Notes: generated by a model not told the origin, from the letters alone. DNA of 64,000 nucleotides from Lama guanicoe (GCA_013239625.1 MU053933.1:2443026-2507025), one strand, 5' to 3'. Positions 1 to 13,791 are shown, numbered from the stretch's first letter. Numbers and translations: made by a program.

Positions 1-1250
1 ATTGTGATACACACCAGTGTCTACATCTGAATTCCAGTGACAGACTCTTCACTGCTCTTTAACTCCATTCCCTCCCATCTCCTCCTTGTGCTGTTGTTGT
101 TATGCAAGTTGTCTCTAAATATGTTACAAACTAACCTTAAGTTGTCATAATTATTTTTTCATAACTGGTTGCATGTTTACCTGTTCCAGACCTCTTGTTT
201 TGTTTTCTTGTGAATTTGAATTACTACCTGGCATCATTTGCTTTCAGCCTAAAAGAACTCCATTGGTATTTCTTAAAAGGCAGGTCTGTAGCAGCAGATT
301 CTCTCAGCTTTGGTTTATCTGGTACTGTCTTTATTTTACCTTCATCTTCGAAAGATAGGTTTGCTGGGTGTAAGATTCTCGGTTGACGTCAGTCTTCCAA
401 CACGCTGTCTGCGTAGTCCCACTGCCCTCTGGCCTCCACTGTCTCTGACGAGAAGCCGGCTGTTAATCTTCACGGGGCTCCCTGTGTGCGATGCGTCATC
501 TTTGCTGCTTTCATGATTTTCTCTTTGCTTTTACGCATTTTGACTGTGATGTGTCTTGATGTAGATCCCTTTGTGTTTATTCTGTTTGGAGTTTGTTTAT
601 CCTGCTGGACGTTCGTTGAGTTTGCATGTGTAGGTTAGCTTTTTCCATCACATTTGACAGGTGTTCGGCCATAACGTCCTTGAATGTGTTTCCTGCCTCT
701 TTCTGTTTCTCCTCCTCCTGGTACTCGTGTGGTACGTTGGCTAGTGTGCTGCGTGGTGCCTCAGGCTCGGTTTGTTCCTCTGCCAGGCACTCTGTAGGGC
801 GGCCCCCCTCTGTCCAAGGCCCTGTGCTTTCCCCTGGCCTTCCGGGGGTGCAGTTTCTATTCAGCGTCCTTCAGGTGCGCTGGTTCTTTCCTCTGCCAGC
901 TGAGACCTACTTTTGAGTCTCTCTAGTGAAATTTTTCATTGTGATTACTGCACTTTTTGCTCCAGAACTTTATTTCACTTTTAAGGAATTCTGTCCTGTT
1001 GCAGTGTTCTGTCTAATGAGACGCTGTCCTCATCCTTTCCTGTTGTTGTTCAGGCACTGTCTCCTGGGGCCGCGTTTACAGTGGCTGTTGTGGAACTGCT
1101 GCCAAGTCCAGTATGTCCCCCTGCCCGAAGCAGCTCCTGGCGCCCAGCTCTTGTTTTCTGTTTCTTGGCGAGGGTCCTACTTTGTTGTTGAAAGACCTTC
1201 AGACACTGTAGCATCAGCACCTTTTCTGTTAAGTGGAGAATGTCCAGGTG
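1..1250 (-). mobile_element. Old L1 (L1M-type) fragment, ORF1/5' region, antisense in an SLX9 intron
   Basis: T-rich + strand with typical antisense L1 ORF1 motifs (tttcttaaaaggcaggtctg...ttctctcagcttt; ttttgactgtgatgtgtcttgatgtagatccctttgtgtttattctg). Visibly similar to the segment at 48395-48900. Boundaries are approximate. Confidence 0.6.
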
Positions 1251-1989
1251 ACAGTGGAGGTGGCTGTGTGCTCACAGATCTGTGTGACCACGTCCACGCG
1301 GCCCCTTATCTCCCGTGGCTCCTCCTTGCCAGGGTCTTGGCTCAGGTGGCCTGCTCTGCCCCTCCCTGGCTGCCACCCTGGCTCCTGCCCAACTCGCGCT
1401 CTGCTTCTGTGTCAGATCTCTGGTGTCTTGTTTACTGACTGCCTCTCCCCATCCTGAGGGCTCCGCTTCAGCTGGGGCTTCTCCATTAGGCACTCGGGGC
1501 TGCAGGCCAGCCTGGCACCTGCTCGGCCGCACCCCAGCCCTGTCTCTGTCCGTGACTCCCCTTCCGGGGCCCCTGTCCTGGAGCTTGGACCTGAATGAGC
1601 CAGCCGGGCCTCAGGCGGGTTTTGGGTGATCATGGTGTGGCGGGCAGGGGGACGTGGAGGGTTCTGAAATCTTGGTGCGGGGGTGAGTGCGGGTAGGAAA
1701 CAGGCCTGGAGAGAGATTGCTGAGATGGAACACGGGCTGTGCAGTGGGAGGAGGAGAAAGAAGACTTAGGTCAGGAGGGAAAGCTGGTTCCTCCCACAAG
1801 AGCTCCTGATGTTGAGACTGGTTTAGAATCGTTCCTGATCCTGATCTGGGCTCAGGTCGAACCCTCAGCAGGGCTCGCGTGGTGAGCAGCCTGAGGGCGC
1901 TGCGGTCTGAGCTCCTCTCCGGGTCCCGCCCTCACTGGGGGGTCTCTGAAGCCACGGAGCGAGCCTCAGTTTCTCTCTGTCCTCCCCAG

Positions 1990-2098
1990 GAGTTGGCTTT
2001 CCCGAGTGCCGGTGTCTTCGCTGGGACCACGATAGAGCCCGGTGCCCTGGTGCAGAAGCTGGACGAGGACGTGAGGAGCAGGGCCTCCACCAGGAGAG
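1990..2098 (+). CDS. SLX9: SLX9/FAM207A coding exon (probably exon 2): ELAFPSAGVFAGTTIEPGALVQKLDEDVRSRASTRR+G
   Basis: Pyrimidine tract and acceptor ctctctgtcctccccAG (AG at 1988-1989); donor G|GTGAG at 2099. The exon is 109 nt and ends in phase 1. The peptide resembles human FAM207A (..IFARTKIDPSALVQKLELDVRS.., from memory). Confidence 0.88.
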
Positions 2099-5000
2099 GT
2101 GAGGGGCACGCGGCCCCGGACGGGTGTGGGGCTGGCACCAGCCCACCACCACATCCTCCCGGGCATGGCAGGGCCGATGCCAGGTTAGCCTGGACACTTG
2201 GAAGGGAGTTTTCCACCAGTGGGAGATTCTGAAGGACTCTGGACAGAAAGGCGGTGTTGGGAAAGCCCCTGTGCCCACTGCCGCCTTCAGCACACACGGC
2301 GCTGGCTTGTTACCGTCATCACCTTGATACTGGCTTGTCCTGAAGCATTTTCCTCAGGAATTCTTTCGTGTGCCTTTCTGGGGGCTCATAGAAGAAAGCC
2401 AGAAACACGCCTGAGAGGCCGTTTTCACACCCGAACGTGTCAGTGGTGATTCCGCATTTCGGATACACGAAGTGGAGGAAGCCCACAGCTCCACGATTGC
2501 CTCGTGGCGCTTCCTGGTCCCGGTCAGGTGTGAACGCAGGCCGCGCCGCCCGGCAGCCCCGCCCCCTTTTCCTTCCCATCCCGGGGCTCCTTTTTCTGGC
2601 TGCACTTCCCTCACGTTGGACTTGCTGGTTGCACCCCCTTTTGTCTTCATGCCACTCTGGCACAGTGACGCTCTGAGAGCTTCCTGCCTGGGCTGGTCCT
2701 GGAGGTGGGGGCGGCCCCCACCCCCCACGCAGACACACCACCGCCTTGATGCCGCAGAGGCGAGCTGCTCGCTTGCAGCCGAGCGACTGCAAGTAGTGGT
2801 GTCGCAGCCCTGCGGGCGGCTGTCCGGCCCTTTGGGGCAGAGCTGGTGCAAGCAGCTTTCAGGTGTTTCGTATGAGTTCCACCTGCAGTTTGGAAACGAC
2901 CGTTGGAGCTTTAAGTTACTGCTTATTCTTGTTTCACTGGGGGGTTATCCACGTCTGCCTGACGTTCTCTGTGCGCTGAAACTGCAGAGGGGGCCTTTCT
3001 CCTCCACCCTCCGGGGTCTTGGCTAGGACCCTGTAAATTAGACCAGCCGAAGACAGGTGAGCGGGAGAAGCACAGCTTAGTGACGGACACACGCAGGTCC
3101 CGCCCGTGGGGGCCTCAGCAAGGAGCCACTCGAGGCGAGGTTGGGACTGGGGCCCCTGCAGCGTCTCTGCGAGGAGCAGCGATGCTGAGGCCCCGGGGGC
3201 ACCCCTGGGAGTGGGTGCCCGGGGCAGGCTGGTGAGCGCGGGTCCGCCTGGCACCGACCCCGGGGTCCTCGCGGCCACGTGGTGTCCTCAGACGGGGGTT
3301 CATGACAGCCCTCGTCTCAGGACTTTCTGGCTTTGGTCGGATAAGGGGAGCTCTGGGAAGGCTTCTCTCGGCCCTTGCTGATTCTGTTTGCCTCCAGCTC
3401 ACCGTGGCCCCAGCCCCCGAGTGGCGTGTCTTGGGGGACTGTGTCCGGCCCCCACAGACCCTCCTGCTGACCATTTCTTGGAATGGATTCCGCGGAGCAG
3501 GGCTCCAGCTGCGTCCTGCCCGTGTGCTGTCCGAATGACGCCGCAGGGACTTGCCGCGTCGGGCAGGGCGGGCAGGCGCCACTGCCCTCGGGTCTTTGGT
3601 GACTGACGTGTTCAAACGGTTGTCAGTGTGCTCACTGGTTCTCTTACGGTTTGTCTGTGTACCGGGCTGTCTTGGTGACTTTTCCTAAACTTGAATGAGT
3701 GCTTTACGTGCTGTAGCATGAGGCTCTTCACCGTCTTGTGCAGAAGCTCTTCCAGCTGCTGCGGGTTGCCGTTGTCCCCCCAGAAAGCTGGCAAGTGCTG
3801 TTCTCCGGCGGTTTCCCGTGTCGGCCATCCTGCCCCCCGGCGGGTCGCCCGGCGGCCGCTCTCCCCTCTGTCCCACCTCCCCTGGGGGTTGTGGGCTCGA
3901 GTTTGCCTTCCGACCACGGGATGGGCTCTGCCTGGTCGGTCCAGGTGGGTGTGCGGTCCTGCCTGGTGAGCGCCCACCCAGGAAGGTGTCCGGTCTCCCC
4001 GCTCAGGCTGAGTGCCCATGGTGGCAGAGGCAGTGGGGAGAGGAACGTCCCAGCCCGCGGACCCTCTCCCCTTCTCGTTTGCCTCTCACGGTCGTCCTTC
4101 ACACGGATTCTCACTTACCTGAAAGGGTGGGGCCTGCAGGGGACAAGCCCCCAGCCCTGTGCCTGCCTCTGACCTGCCCCTCCGTGAGGGGCGGCTCAGG
4201 CGAGGACCTGGGGCAGAGGGCGGGAGAAGCTGTCTGTGCTGTGGCCCACACCCCCGAGCAGTCTGGAGGGCTGGAGGGGACGGAGCATTAGCTTGGAGAT
4301 GCGGGACCTGTGTTGGAGCCCCAGTGCTGTGCCTTGTTGGCTGCTGGATTTTGGAGCATCTTTTTATCTATGTTCATCAGGTGAGCATGGCATCTGTCGG
4401 GCAGATGTACAGTGTGGGCCTGCCTGGGACGTGTCCAGGGCTCCTTCAGCCGTGCCCCATGTCAGTGAAGCGCTGACACAGCTTGTCCTCTGTCCCGAGG
4501 AGGACGCGGTGCAACAGAGGAGAGGTGGCTGAGCTCAGAGCTGCGAGGCCCTGCCTGGGAATGGAGTGACAGCCAGGCCTCCCTCTGGCACCTCTGAGAT
4601 GTTTTCTGGGGGAATCGTCAGAGCTCCCCAGTGCAGATAGGGGCCAAAGCTTTGCCCTTGGCTTGGGCTGGCCCGAGGTCAGCACTGGGGACCCATCCCA
4701 GACCTGCTGAACCTGTTACCACACACCCTCTTGGGGTCTCCAGTGCTGCCAAGTTCAGGACACTGACCCTGAGCCTGGTGGGTCCTGCCTTGCAGCTACA
4801 GGAGCACGGAAGCCCCCCATCTCCTCTCGGAGCCCAGGGTCTCCTCGTCCTGAGCTTCGAGGCACTGCCATCCAGATCCCCGATCCGTCCTCGCAGCCTA
4901 ACCTACTGTCTCCTGATCTGGTCCCCGGGGTGGCGGTGCCTTGGTGCGAGCCTGTGGGTCTGGGCGCTCTCATTGGCGGGCGTCTCAGTGCGCAGCAGGA

Positions 5001-5574
5001 AGAGCTCCAGCCCTACGCCTCTGCACTGAGGCTGAGGGATGTGAGAGAATCCTGGGCCTCCACCGATGGTATCGGCTGCCCAGGGGCCGTGGCCAGAATG
5101 TGCTTAAAACTTCGGGTGGTGTGGGCCTGAGAACCACAGGGGTGGGAGGGGGAACAGGGAGAGAAAGAAGCAAGGTGTTTGTTTTCCTTTGTGAATGGTC
5201 GGTGGGTGAGGCCACGCAGGGGAAGGAGCAGCTGAGAAGTCTGTTGCACTCACAGGTCCTAGGGGCGGGAGCAGGGCTGCAGGACCACGGGGGAGGAATC
5301 GGGGAGACCAGGAGGCAGCAAACGGGGATTGCCCGCCCCGGAATGGGGTCTCCCCCAGCCAGAAAGTTTTTTTAGGATGTGAAAATGTCGTATTATACAG
5401 AGAATTAAAGAATATTTACAGGAGAAGAGGGCCTGGACTGTGAGGTGCAGAGGTCAGAGAGCCCAGGGTGCTGGAGGAAACAGGCGGGCAGCTGGGCCGG
5501 CGCTGCTGGGGGTGCGGGGTTCGGGGTGCGGGGCGTGTGCTTGCTGGCACGGGAGCCTCCCAGGCTGGTGGCTT

Positions 5575-5710
5575 GGGTGTGGCCTCAGCTGCTCATCTGT
5601 AAAAGGGGGTGACAACAGGACTTGCCCCCTAAGTGCTGCCTGTTTGGGGTTCAGGTGAGGCAGTAAGCGTGGAATGTTGGGACCAGTGCCTGGCTTCAGT
5701 AAGTGCCCAG
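5575..5710 (+). mobile_element. MIR SINE fragment
   Basis: gcctcagctgctcatctgtaaaagggggtgacaacagga...cagtgcctggc...agtaagtgc follows the MIR core. Confidence 0.65.
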
Positions 5711-7122
5711 CTGGCGCTGTGGGAGGGACTGGCCGTGTGTCCTGTCGAGCGAGGACCCTCTCTGCAGGCCGAGCTGCCCAGACGCCCCCGGGGCCCAGTG
5801 CAGATGTCTGTCACCCTCCCCACGCCTCCTTCTCCAGCAGTTCCTGTGCTTTTGGTGTTTGTCAGCCTCGCCTCCCTATTGGCCAGCACCCTGGACCCCT
5901 TGGGGACGACGGTCCTGGTGGCTCCCCTGGGCTTGACAGGGGCCGGCAGCCTGGGGCAGGTGAGGTCACGGGGAAAGTGGCATCTGGTGACTCAGCCGCT
6001 GCTCAGGGAGCTGCCGGGCTGTGAAGGCACGGGCTCCTGTCTGCCTGGATTAGCACACGCCCTTCCTGCGTCCTTGCCGTCCCTGCGTCTCTGGCTGCAG
6101 TGCCGTCCCGCACCGCCAGTGTGGTCTGCCGGGGCAGGTTGTGGGCGCCTTGCCCGCCTCCATGGGGGAGGGATGTCTGCTGCTCCCTTCCCGTGTGTGG
6201 ACGTGCTCATGCCGTCGCCCGCGGCCCGGGCTCCGTGGGGCCTGTTTGGCCTGTGGGGGTCTTGCTGGCGGCGTCTCTCCTGTACTTCTGCGCAGAGCCT
6301 CTGGGAGCCCTGCCGGCTCAGCAGCCAGGCCTACTCCAGGTTTCCTTCTGATGCCCCGCTGGGGCTCTGAGCTGCGGGGAACCACTGGCCTCCCCTCAGC
6401 CCCTCGGACAGCCCCCGCCCACCAGCAGCAGAATGTGGCTGTGTCCTGAGGGTCAGGGCCCGTGGGCCTGTGGGCCTGCACAGGAAGCGGCTTCCCAGCT
6501 CCTCTGCGTCTGCTCTCGGGGCAGGGACTCGGGCGAGTGGCAGGTCTGGAGCAGGCACCCTGGCCTCTGCGTTCGTCCCCTCCTGCACGGGGGCGCCACC
6601 TTGCAAATCCGGTTTCCAGTTCTACATTCCTTTGTCCTGAAAAGTTGTAGGAAACAAGCCCCTCTCTGCTCAGACAAGCACCTGGGGTATCGGCCAGGAC
6701 TCTGTACCCTGAGCCGGGGAGTTCTGACCCCCAGACTCAGGTGAGACGTAAGCAGGTGGGGTGGGCCTGGAGGACAGGAGGGGGGAGGTGGTGGCGGCAG
6801 CGTGCCTCCAGGGGAAAGTGATGGTGGTGAGTGGACAAGACATGCTTCGAGGCTGCAGTGGGGGGACTTTGCCTTGGGGACGCGATGTCCGTCTCCTGGG
6901 GACGGTGCGGCTGAGACGGTCTCCCCTCCCCGGACCAGGCGGCCAGAGCTTCCCCGCCCCGCGCTGGCCACCCGCCGCGGGGCCCCCCCGAAGCTCCTAC
7001 TCCAGAGCCGCTGCTCAGTAGAGGGCAGCGGAGCTGCGTCTGCTTGGAGCTGGAGCCGGAGCCGGGCCTGCTTCCCGACAGGAGGTGGAGCTGGGCGCTT
7101 TCCAGAGGCTATCTTTAGGGAC

Positions 7123-7260
7123 TTTTAATTTTAAAAATTTATTTACTTACTTACTTATGTGTCTTTTTTTAAACTTTGCTTTGAATGGAGGTGCTGGGGA
7201 GTGCAGCCAGCGCCTCGTGCAGGCTGAGTGCACCCTCCCCCGCTGCGCTGTTCCGCCAGC
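7123..7260 (-). mobile_element. Degenerate camelid tRNA-derived SINE (vic-1-like)
   Basis: T-rich tail followed by aatggaggtgctggggagtgcagccagcgcctcgtgcaggctgag..., matching the antisense of a tRNA-like head (recalled as tggaggtactggggattgaacccaggacctcgtgcatgctaagc). Confidence 0.55.
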
Positions 7261-10200
7261 AACCCCCCTCCTCCGCCCCGTTGTCTTTAGCGACTGTGGC
7301 TGAGGCTCCCTGGTCAGAGCTGCCCGCCTGTCCTGCAGCTGTGAAGTCAGGGCTGTGACACTTCCACCTAGAGCGTTTTCTGTACTTACCTCCACCCGCC
7401 CCGAGTGTAAGACAGGAACCGGGGAGGGTGGATCCCGAGACAGAACCGCTGCTCCGCTGGAGGCCCACTTTGGCCAAGGGGCTGTTTTGCTTCTCCTTGG
7501 CCTCCCTGCCCTCTGAGGACGCCAGAGGGGAGTCCTGGAAGTCCTGGGTGGGCCGGCGGAGGCCCTCCCGCTCTGTGCCGTGGTGTGCGCTGCCTGCGCA
7601 TTGGAGGTGGCCGCTGGCCTGGTTGGCAGCTGTGAGCGCCCTGCACATCGCCTGAGCGCTGGCCTCCTTGGCGTAGGGGGAGACCCTCAGAGAAGGTGCC
7701 CACTGCCTCCAGGGGCGTCCTGACTAGCAGGGCCTGTGCTCTGCGTGCTGGACCAGAGGACTGGGAGGCCTGGGCCTCTGCTCTGGGCCTGCTGGCAGCT
7801 GGGGGGCTGCTGAGCCAAAGTGCTGGTGGCCCAGGCCACCCCGTCACACGGTGGGAGGGCGGGAAGGCTCTTCTCACCTGAGTCTGCGTCGAGCCGGTTC
7901 TCTGGCAGAGGGGACGGGGAAGGGCCGGGTCAGGGAGGCCGCCGAGGCCCCTGCTGCCCGAGTTTGAGAGGAAAGGGCTGGACTCTGCGTGGGAGGTGAT
8001 GGGGCCTGCGTCCTCTCCCCCTGTTGTCCGAACTTCGGGGTGTTTCCGGCACGTTCTTCCCGGCTCTGGACGGGCTGTTGGTGGGAGGGGAGCAGGAGGG
8101 TTTGGCTGCAGCAGGGTGGTGTGAGGACATATGTGCTCTGCGCTGAGGGGTGACCTGTGCTGGGGCCCAGGTGCCACGGAGCCAGGCTCACAGCAGACCC
8201 GAGCGTGCCCTGCACCCCAGTTCTCACCCTGGAGGAATTTGCTGTTTGGTCACGGGGCCCAATGGGAAGGGCGGGGGAGGGTCTGGGAGTGGAGCAGAAA
8301 AATTACCGTGCACGATTTGGGTAACGGACCGCTCCAAGGGGCATCGGGAAGTGGGCATCTCCACGGCAACGGGTCTCAAGACAGCTGAGCCGGAGTCACC
8401 GGTGCTTGGACAGGGCCTTGGGCAGCGCTACCGGGATGGCTCTCAGTGGCGCAGGGTCTGCCCCCTGCCCAGGAGCCTCCAGGTCGCTGGGCCCTGTGAC
8501 CTCTTTCCCAGGAGCAGCGTGGGCCCCAGAGGGGCCTTGGCTCCATCATTGTCCTTTCTGTTCCCAGGGTGAGGTCACATCCTGCCCGCCCCTTCCTTGC
8601 TGGGGGCCCGAGGCTTTCTGTCAGGGACCCCGTCAGTGCATCCTTGCAGAGATTCGAGTGCAGAGGCGGCCCAAGCGGGTGACCCCTTCCCCTGTCCGGG
8701 AACGTGTGGTGGTGACCCACTCATGGCAGCGAGGCGGGCTACGTGTTCGTGGGGTTGAGGATTTGAAAGTCTTAAAAATGGCTTAAAGGCAGTGCCAGCA
8801 GAACGAGGCGCCCTGGGGAGCGGGAACGCTCACCAGTCTGGCCCCTCGTGCGTGCTGTGCTGCCCTCGTATCTTGGGTGCTCTGATGGGACGTAGTTGTG
8901 TTCAGTTGCGTGTGAAGACACTGTGTCCAGGTGCCACCCCAGGCAGAGGAGAGTCCCAGCGCGGTGGTGGCGGTGAAGCCCTTGGCCCCCGAAGGCCGGC
9001 ATCTCGCTGCAGTGGGACATCCCTGTGCTCAGGGGACAGGAGGCCCCAGAGGCAGCGGCAAGTGTTCCGTGGTGGGAGGTGGCCCTGGCATTGCTCTGGG
9101 GTCTCGGGGCAGTAGGAGGGGCTGGGCTGTGACAGGGCCCCTTTGCTCCTTCCTGCCTGTGCTTCTGGAGCTGAGCTGGTGCAGGGGTGGAAGCCAAGTC
9201 CGCGACCCTGAGTGGGCGCGGGGCCCCTCCCCGCAGGGTGCGCCTGGCAGAGAACTGAGAAGTTAGGGACCAGCCTCCCGCTAAAGTGACCTTCTGTAAG
9301 GGACACTTCCTGACTGGAAAGGCAGGACGTGCGTGTGGTAGAAAAGCTGGAGAATCGATGTTACAAGTAAAGGCCAGCCCTGCGTCCCCGCGTGGACTGC
9401 GTCTGGGCCCCACTCCTGCTCACAGAACGTGCTGCTTGCTGACCTGGGTGGAGTTGGCACCTCCTGCCCGGGAGGTGGCCGCGGGCTCCTCGGTGGGCTT
9501 GCCTCACCGCCCTTTGTCCAGAAGGGCCCCTTGCCAGGCAGCTCGGTGACGCTGTGGCCCGGCCCAGGGAATGTCCACCTGGGAACAGCCCTGGTTGTCT
9601 CCTGCGAGGCTCACGCAGTGCCTCTGTCCGGGGCTCCACACACTGACTGGGAGGCCCTCCTGGCCACCGGAAGGACGCGGTGCCCCTGGAGCGCCTGCGC
9701 GGCAGCGGTTTCTGGAATTGCTTTCTCACGTCAGCGGAGCTGGGCCTGGACGCCGCAGGTTCTCTGGTGCTCCTTCTCCATCACCAGATAGGGTGGACCG
9801 AGAGCCTTCCCCATCTGCTCCTCTCCTGCAGTTCCAGAACCTCCCTCCAAGGGGGGGGACACTGTCTTTACAGCGCTGTCCACTAGCATTGGTCTTTGGG
9901 CTGCCCAGGGCTGAGCCGCGGGGCTTGTGCTGGGCCTGGAGAGAAGTGACAGGCAAGCTTCAGGGGGGTGCAGACTGGACCGGCCTTGAAATGATGCCTC
10001 TGCCCTCTTGGTGCTGGCCAGTGTCCCTCTGAGTGATCCGCATCCTGCCCGGATGGCCCGTCCTCAGGGCCACGGTGCCAGGGCCTAGGGTGGGTCCCCT
10101 TTCACAGGTGCTGACTTAAACACCTGGGGGGCCCACACGAGGCTGCTGTGCTGAGGGTGGACGCTGGCCTGTCTGGGATTGGATTTCAGTGCCAGGGGTC

Positions 10201-12959
10201 GGGAGGATGAAGCTGGGGCATCGAGCGCTCTGTACAGCGAGTGTCCCTCTGCCCTGCACGTGTCTGATAGTTTCCACTAAAGCCCCTGCCGAGCCGGGCC
10301 CCTCCCTTTGGCTAAATCTGCATGTCTCTTTTCTGCAGCCCTGGAGATGTCCAGAGACGGATGGAGCGCTGTCCTGGGCAGCCGTCCTGCTGTCACTCAC
10401 TCAGGACCAGATGCTCCCGACGCCACTAGGGTGCCCAGATGCCGCCTTCTCCTTGGGGCTGGTTCCCCTGGCCCACGGGCCCCCACCCCCGCCGGCCCTC
10501 TCCCACCATCTCGTTTAAGGCTGTAGCTTCATTGCAGAGCGAGGGCTTTGCCAGGCCCTTGGGGGTTTGGGGTTTTTGAACCCTCTGGATCTGCTGGGGG
10601 CGCCCGGTGGGGGTGCTGAGGTGAGCAGACCGGTTCCTGCCTGTTCCCGCCTGTGCCCCAGGGGCAGTGTCTGTTTGCCACCTGGGCAGAGACGTCCCGA
10701 GTTCTTGGGGCCCGCGGGGCCCGCTGCCAGCATCCCAGGCGGCCTCTGTGGGGCTGCAGCTCTGCAAGTCCTCTGCGGCCTCGGGGCGGGTGTGCTTCCG
10801 GGGGCCATGGGGACGGGCTGCGGGGACGTCCCCACCCATGTGTGCACCTGCTCCTCGTCGGATGCGGTGGGTTCATTATTCCATCAGTCTCAACAGGTTG
10901 TAGACTTTTTCTTTCGAAATTATTTAAAATTTATAGAAAATTGCAGGATTAGGGGAGAGAAAACCTCTTCCTGAATGTCTGAGAGTGAGCGCTGACACCT
11001 TGTCTCCCGGAGGTTCGTGGTGAGGCCGCCTCCCGCCGCTGGCGCCCGTGCTCAGACCCACACCCGGACACGGGCCCTCACCCCACCCGGCCCCAGAGTG
11101 GTGCCCTCATCGCCCCAGGGGTGGTTTGGCCCCACACTGGGCCCCGTGGACATCTCACACTCGCACCCCCATGGTCTCTGACAGCTGCAGGGGCGCAGAC
11201 GCCCCCCTCCCTGCGCAGGCTGGGTCCCCCCGTGCAGCACCCCCTCCCCTGTTCACCCCGGGCCCCAACAAAGGTCAGAGCAGCCGCTGGCTCGGCCGGG
11301 GGTGACTGGCAGTCGCTGCTCTGCCCCTTTCTTCCGGGGGAGGTCGGGGTGGCAGCGGGGAGACTAGGTCAGTTCCAGGCATGTCTGAAAGTTTGAACAG
11401 GAGGCCCCAGCATGCGGAGGTGGCTCTTGGAACCAGGATTAGATCCCCGTGGGAGTCGCGGGTCCTGGGTTTACGCGAGTCCCGGGGTGGAAGGCGCAGT
11501 GGAACAGGAGCCCCACTCCTCGGACAGCCGTGTTCTGCTCGCTCTTCATTAGACATCCTGGGTCTGTTGCAATAGCTCAGAGGACCTGCGTGAAGACAAG
11601 GATCTTGCGCAAGTGTGTACAGGTGGAACGTGTCCTGGGCTTAAGCCGCGTTGTCTCTGAGAAGACCAGTTAAGGCCCAGCCAGTGGGGCGGCCTGGGCC
11701 CCGCCCTGCTTTCAGAGCAGACTGTCGGCAGAGACGCTGTCAGCCGCATCTGGCGTCTCCTGCCCAGCGCCCTCCCACCTGCGCCCTGCGGGCCACAGCC
11801 TTGATGGGGAGCCGCCAGCCCCGCAATGTCTGCTCCCTGCAGCATGCTCCCTGCCTGCCCTGGGCCCGGCCATGTGCACAGAGCCCGAAGACCTTGGCAT
11901 GTTTCTCTGAAGGCAGCTCTTTTCCCCCGGTTGGAAGAATTTCGAAGGGGCAGCCGCAGCCCCAGGATTTGTGTCATAAGTTCACAGAGCAGGCTGGACG
12001 TCCCCCTTCTCTCCGCCCACCTGTGTCCTCAAGAGGAAGTGGAGGCTCCCAGAGGCCCAGTGAGAGGACCCTCCTGTGGGTCTCTGGGTGCCCCCGAAGC
12101 CACGTCTTGCCTTAGCACCAAGGGACGGGGAGGGCAGCTTCCCTGCTGGCTGCTCCAGCCTGCCTCCTCGTGCCACCTGATGCTCCAGCTGTCACCTCCA
12201 AGCCTCCCGGGGCTCCCCCACGGCTCCTGCCGACACTGGCCGACCGTCACCATCCAGCTGGGAGTCAGCGTGGACAGGCGTGGGGCTGGCCAAAGTGACG
12301 GCAGCTCACGCCAGCTCCCGGGCACCGCGCTGCGGCTCGGCTGGCCTCCCACCTGGAGTGGGCCTGCCTCCACCCGCTCTGCCTGCTGTGGACGAGGTGG
12401 CAGCCCTGGGCAGGCCAGTTGTCCTGCCACCAGCACAGTGTGCAGTTGCCGGGCACGCAGGGGAGTCCGCCTGAGTGCACACCTCGTGTGTGGTTTATTT
12501 CAGGGGGAGCCTCCGAAGCCCAAGTGTCCAGTGCCCTCCGGGGGGGAGGGCGCAGCGCGGAGCCGCTCTGCCGTGGGCCCAGCTCTCAGGCTCTGTTCTC
12601 ATCCGGCTTGCGGCAGTTCCCTGCAGCCTGGGGCAGGTTGCAGCCCCCACCGCCCTGCCCAGCCTCAGTCTCCTTGTCTGCAAAAAGGGGCTAGTCCATA
12701 GGGTCGCTGAGGGACACGTGCCCTGTGCTCCTGGGCCGGCCGATTTCTTCAGGTTGCCCATGGGTGTTACAGGTGTTGCCCCTTCCTTCCTGGTGACGGT
12801 GACGCGATGCTGGCTCTGCAGGTCCTTGTTGGGGGTGGGCAGGCGAGGTTCACACGTGGCCTGCTTGTGCAGGAGGCTAGGCTCCTTCCTGGCTGGTGGC
12901 GGGAAGCTCAGCTCGGCCTCGTCTGTGAGAAGGTGGTGTGGTGGTCAGCTCGAGTGGCG

Positions 12960-13268
12960 GTGACAGCCTCAGGCTGGACACCCGACGTCCCATGTCAGGA
13001 GGATTGATTTCTCCCAGGGCCCCTCTCCTGGGCGTGTAGGTGGCCATCTCCTCCCTGTGTCCCACATGGTTGTCACTCTGTGTGTGTCTGTGTCCTGATC
13101 ACCTCTTCTCATAGGGACCTGGTCAGACTAGATCAGGGCCCACCCTAGTGACCTCACCTTAACTTGATTACCTCGTTAAAGGTCCTCTCTCCAGATGCTG
13201 CACATTCTGGGGTGCTGGGATGAGGGTTTCGACACACCAGCATGGGGGCACGGTTTATCCCGTCACAG
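12960..13268 (-). mobile_element. MaLR LTR (MLT1A-like)
   Basis: Typical MLT1 text (tgtgtctgtgtcctgatc..cttct...agggcccaccctagtgacctcaccttaacttgattacctc). Collinear with the copy at 38630-38986. Confidence 0.8.
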
Positions 13269-13722
13269 CAGGGGCGGCAGATGTGCTGCTGGGGTGAGGA
13301 AGGCTCAGGAGAAGGGGGCGGCAGGACTGGGCTGGATGAGGACAGCACCAGGGAGGACAGGCCAGCGAGATGGGAGCTTGGGGAGCAGGGCAGGTGGGGG
13401 CGGGGGTCCCAGGGCAGCCTGAGTTCTGGGCCCTGGGTTCAGGGGACAAAGGTGAAGGTATGCGTTGTGCTCCTTGCCCCGTTGTGGGCGAGCGAGACCT
13501 GCACACGTGCCCCACACTGGCAGATGAGGGGGGCAGACGGCTCCCAGAGGGGCAGGGATGGTGTCGGGGAGTCCACGGGGCATGGTGGGCCCTGCCCGGT
13601 CACTGCCCACTCCTGCCGCCCGGCCTGGGTCACCCTGGGATTGGGTGGGGGTGTGTTGGAGGGGCTGGGCTCCACGGGCTGGGGGACCACACGCCCGCTC
13701 ACCCCGTGCTCTCTGCCCTCAG

Positions 13723-13791
13723 GTGCGGAGACCAAGGCTGTTCTGCCCAAGAAGGAGAAGCTGAAGCTGAGGCGCGAGCGGTGGCTGCAGA
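13723..13791 (+). CDS. SLX9: SLX9/FAM207A coding exon: (G)AETKAVLPKKEKLKLRRERWLQ(K)
   Basis: Acceptor ctctctgccctcAG (13721-13722), donor A|GTAAGC (13792). 69 nt, phase 1 to phase 1. Contains the characteristic LPKKEKxKLRRExWLQK motif of FAM207A. Confidence 0.95.

Noticed and set aside
1..1989. First coding exon or promoter of SLX9
   Set aside because: No N-terminal MGK-type exon or CpG-island promoter seen; the region is mostly L1-derived, so exon 1 should lie upstream of the window.
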